Shown: positions 61,449 through 64,000 of the stretch, one piece after another
Layout of the letters: each line of letters opens with the position of its first letter
How positions within the stretch are numbered: the first letter of the stretch is position 1
Assembly: GCA_030838475.1 (NCBI GenBank)
Contig: JAUZFP010000054.1
Span: 48,850 to 112,849 of the forward strand
DNA from: Actinomycetota bacterium
Lineage (GTDB): Bacteria > Actinomycetota > Actinomycetes > Actinomycetales > Microbacteriaceae
DNA: 64,000 nucleotides
Direction: 5' to 3'
Notes under the pieces: model-generated
Seen by the model: the letters and a program-made list of their open reading frames with translations, nothing else
What the model was told of the DNA's origin: nothing
The model's database searches: none
Position numbers and translations under genes: made by a program

Positions 61449-62002
61449 CAGACTTCGAGCAACTCTGTCTCTTTGCGCTTCAGCGCGTCGTCGATGGAGT
61501 CGACGTGCGCCTTCGTGACCGCCTCGAGCTCCTTCTCGGCGCGCGCCAGCTCGTCCTCGCCGACGTCTGCCTTGAGGCCATCCAGGTCGTCCTTGGAGTT
61601 GCGTCGGATGTTGCGGATCGCGACCTTGGCCTCTTCGCCCTTCGAGCGCACGATCTTCACGAAGTCGCGACGACGCTCCTCCGTCATCTCGGCGAGCGTG
61701 ACGCGGATGATGTTGCCGTCGTTGCCGACGTTCGCGCCGAGGTTCGGCCAGTTGACGATGGCCTTCTCGATCTCCTTGAGGGCGCCCTTGTCGTAGGGCG
61801 TCACGAGCAGGGTACGGGCCTCCGGGTTCTGCATGGAGGCGAGCTGGGCGAGCGGGGTCGGCGTTCCGTAGTAGTCGACGAGGATCTTCTGGAACAGTGC
61901 GGGGTTGGCACGGCCAGTGCGCACGGTGCCAAAATCGTCCCTGGCTACCTCAACGGCCTTGTCCATTTTGGTTTTGGCCTCGTCAAGCACGTCGCTAATC
62001 AC
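61448..62002 (-). CDS. frr: Ribosome recycling factor
   Basis: [33 protein letters not shown]; AAAGGAG SD then GTG. Confidence 0.97.
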   Translation of the reverse strand: MISDVLDEAKTKMDKAVEVARDDFGTVRTGRANPALFQKILVDYYGTPTPLAQLASMQNPEARTLLVTPYDKGALKEIEKAIVNWPNLGANVGNDGNIIRVTLAEMTEERRRDFVKIVRSKGEEAKVAIRNIRRNSKDDLDGLKADVGEDELARAEKELEAVTKAHVDSIDDALKRKETELLEV

Positions 62003-62158
62003 GGCAACTCCTTTGTGTCCGTCCAAGTTTAGTTGGCGGGCGCGCCGCACCAGTTCGGGGGCGGTGAAAACGCCCGGGAGCGCGTCGCATTGCTGCTAGC
62101 CTCTAACCGAATCCGAAGCCTTTTTCGGTCCTAGCACTACGCGATAGGCACACCCGAA

Positions 62159-63562
62159 ATGACTTCTGAGACTCGAACCCCCCGACGCACAGTTCGAGGG
62201 ATAGTCGCAGCCGTTGTGGTGGGCGCCCTCGCCACGGTCCCGGCCCTGATCGCCTCGCCCGCCTATGCGGCGGCCGGCGACTTCACGTCGTACAGCGCTA
62301 GCGGCGCGTGGGTCTGGAACGTTGGTCTCGGCCCGGGCGGAAACCCGTGGTACACGAACCAGAACGCCGCGGGCACGGGGGGAAACATTGGTTACGTCGA
62401 CGTGACCACCGGGATCGCCCACGACTACCTGACCCCCCTCTACTACTCGATGACCGGAATCACCGAAGGCCCCGACGGCAACATGTGGTTCATCGCCCTC
62501 GGAAATACTCCCGGTCACACCGGCACATTCCTCGACCAGTTCGACGTAACGACCCACGTAGTGACGCAATACCTGGTCCCGACTGCGGGCGGTATCGACA
62601 ATGTCGTAAGCGCGGCCGGCAAGCTGTGGATCACGGAGGGTGTCGGAAACGCGATTGCGTCATTCGATCCGTCGACCACGGACTGGAACGAGTACACGAC
62701 GCCGGCCGCCGATCCGGACGGTCTCACTCTGGCCCCCGACGGCATCCTTTGGTACGCGATGTACAACGCCCAAAAGGTCGGCTCGATCGACCCGAACAAC
62801 CCGAGCACCTCCGCGGCCATTGCGACCGGGCAGCCCGCGAACCAGGGCTCCAATAGTCTGACCACGACACCGGATGGCAAGATCTGGGTCGCCGAAATCA
62901 ACGACCAGCGAATCGACTCTTACGATCCATCGACCTCGAGCTGGACGACCGGCAGCAGCCTCGGACTTGATGTGTTCAACGTCACGACGGGACCGGATGG
63001 AAACGTCTGGTACAGCACCTACGCCGCAAATGGTGTTGGAAAGCTCGACGTCACCACCGGAACGCACACGAACTACACCGATTCCGCCGGCGGAACACAG
63101 TGGATGACGGGAATCGTGGCCGCGAGCGACGGCAACATTTGGACGGGAGCGTATCTCGGAAAGAATCTGGTTCGCTTCGAACTGCCGCACGCTGCGACCA
63201 TCACGACCGCGTCGCTTCCGGGCGGCAAGGTCAACCTCTCGTACTCGCAGACACTCGCCGCAACGGGCACAGGTCCGATCACCTTCGCGGTGACCGCCGG
63301 CGCACTGCCCGCGGGCCTGGTGCTCGACCCCGCGACGGGCGTGATCTCCGGTACCCCAACGACGATCGAGACGGCATCCTTCACGATCACAGCGACCGGA
63401 GCGGACGGCGCCAGCGACACGGCGTTCACGATCGCAATCGGTGCCTCGCTGGCCGCCACGGGAACTGACATCACCGTGCCCACGATTCTCGCCGGGCTCC
63501 TGCTGCTCGTCGGTGCCGGACTGCTTCTTCTCCGCCGACGCCGGCTGCTACCCCAGAGCTAG
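62159..63562 (+). CDS. Sortase-anchored surface protein: Vgb-lyase-like beta-propeller plus Ig-like domain
   Basis: Signal peptide; repeated GPDGNMWF/PDGKIWV/GPDGNVWY blades; GALPAGLVLD..TGVISGTPT; LAATG, TM helix and RRRR tail. Confidence 0.85.
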   Translation: MTSETRTPRRTVRGIVAAVVVGALATVPALIASPAYAAAGDFTSYSASGAWVWNVGLGPGGNPWYTNQNAAGTGGNIGYVDVTTGIAHDYLTPLYYSMTGITEGPDGNMWFIALGNTPGHTGTFLDQFDVTTHVVTQYLVPTAGGIDNVVSAAGKLWITEGVGNAIASFDPSTTDWNEYTTPAADPDGLTLAPDGILWYAMYNAQKVGSIDPNNPSTSAAIATGQPANQGSNSLTTTPDGKIWVAEINDQRIDSYDPSTSSWTTGSSLGLDVFNVTTGPDGNVWYSTYAANGVGKLDVTTGTHTNYTDSAGGTQWMTGIVAASDGNIWTGAYLGKNLVRFELPHAATITTASLPGGKVNLSYSQTLAATGTGPITFAVTAGALPAGLVLDPATGVISGTPTTIETASFTITATGADGASDTAFTIAIGASLAATGTDITVPTILAGLLLLVGAGLLLLRRRRLLPQS

Positions 63563-64000
63563 CAGGGCGACGCCGCCGATCACGACGACGGCACCAATTA
63601 CGCGCTGGACCGGATGGGGCTCCTTGAACAGGAGCCAGCCGCCCAGCGCAACAAGTACGACGCTCACTTCGCGCGCGGGCGCGACCAGCGCGACGGGTGC
63701 GAGCGTGAAGGCGAACAGGATGAGCACGTAGGCGAGCGGCGACAGGATGCCGACCACCAGCACCGCGGCCCAGTGCTGCCTCGCGAGCGCGATCGTGTGC
63801 TTCGGCTGGTTCAACGCGAACGGCGCGAACGCGATCAACTGCACGAGGATTGTGATCCAGAAGTACCCGAACGGCGGCAGCTTCTGTTGCACCACTGCGT
63901 TGGCATCCCAGAGCGTGTACGCGGCGATGACGACTCCGACCAGAAGTCCGTACAGGATGCCGGCCCGGTTGGCCGCAAATCGACCGCGACCACCGGCCAG
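63548..64000 (-). CDS. EamA/DMT-family transporter, 5'-truncated by the window edge
   Basis: LSPLAYVLIL.A...APVALVAPAREVSVV...LFKE. Confidence 0.85.
   Translation of the reverse strand: MAGGRGRFAANRAGILYGLLVGVVIAAYTLWDANAVVQQKLPPFGYFWITILVQLIAFAPFALNQPKHTIALARQHWAAVLVVGILSPLAYVLILFAFTLAPVALVAPAREVSVVLVALGGWLLFKEPHPVQRVIGAVVVIGGVALLALG

Overview
High-GC actinobacterial chromosome segment; gene content and order point to Microbacteriaceae. The core backbone carries gatC-gatA...gatB, ligA, mnmA plus a cysteine desulfurase, the glycogen genes glgX/glgP/glgE/glgB, ybaK, two DivIVA-domain genes, cdsA and frr. Accessory genes, many for secreted proteins or lipoproteins, are interleaved. The best candidate for a new system is a compact lower-GC cassette just downstream of gatB (about 13.6-17.1 kb): an amino-type (SPPY) DNA methyltransferase, a DUF262/ParB-like DGQQR protein and a HEPN-type RxxxxH protein in one operon, with a convergent DUF1643-like gene and no recognisable restriction nuclease. 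Other notable signals: a 62-bp palindromic element in three copies, one translated in frame inside the desulfurase; a REP-like in-frame insertion in mnmA; a DUF222-HNH gene frameshifted by a (GCTGCAG)x3 tract; a multibranched structured leader at 54.2-54.3 kb; five tandem META-domain lipoproteins; and apparent over-representation of GCATCC. No rRNA, tRNA, CRISPR array, integrase or transposase was seen. All domain calls come from motif recognition by eye, not from database searches.
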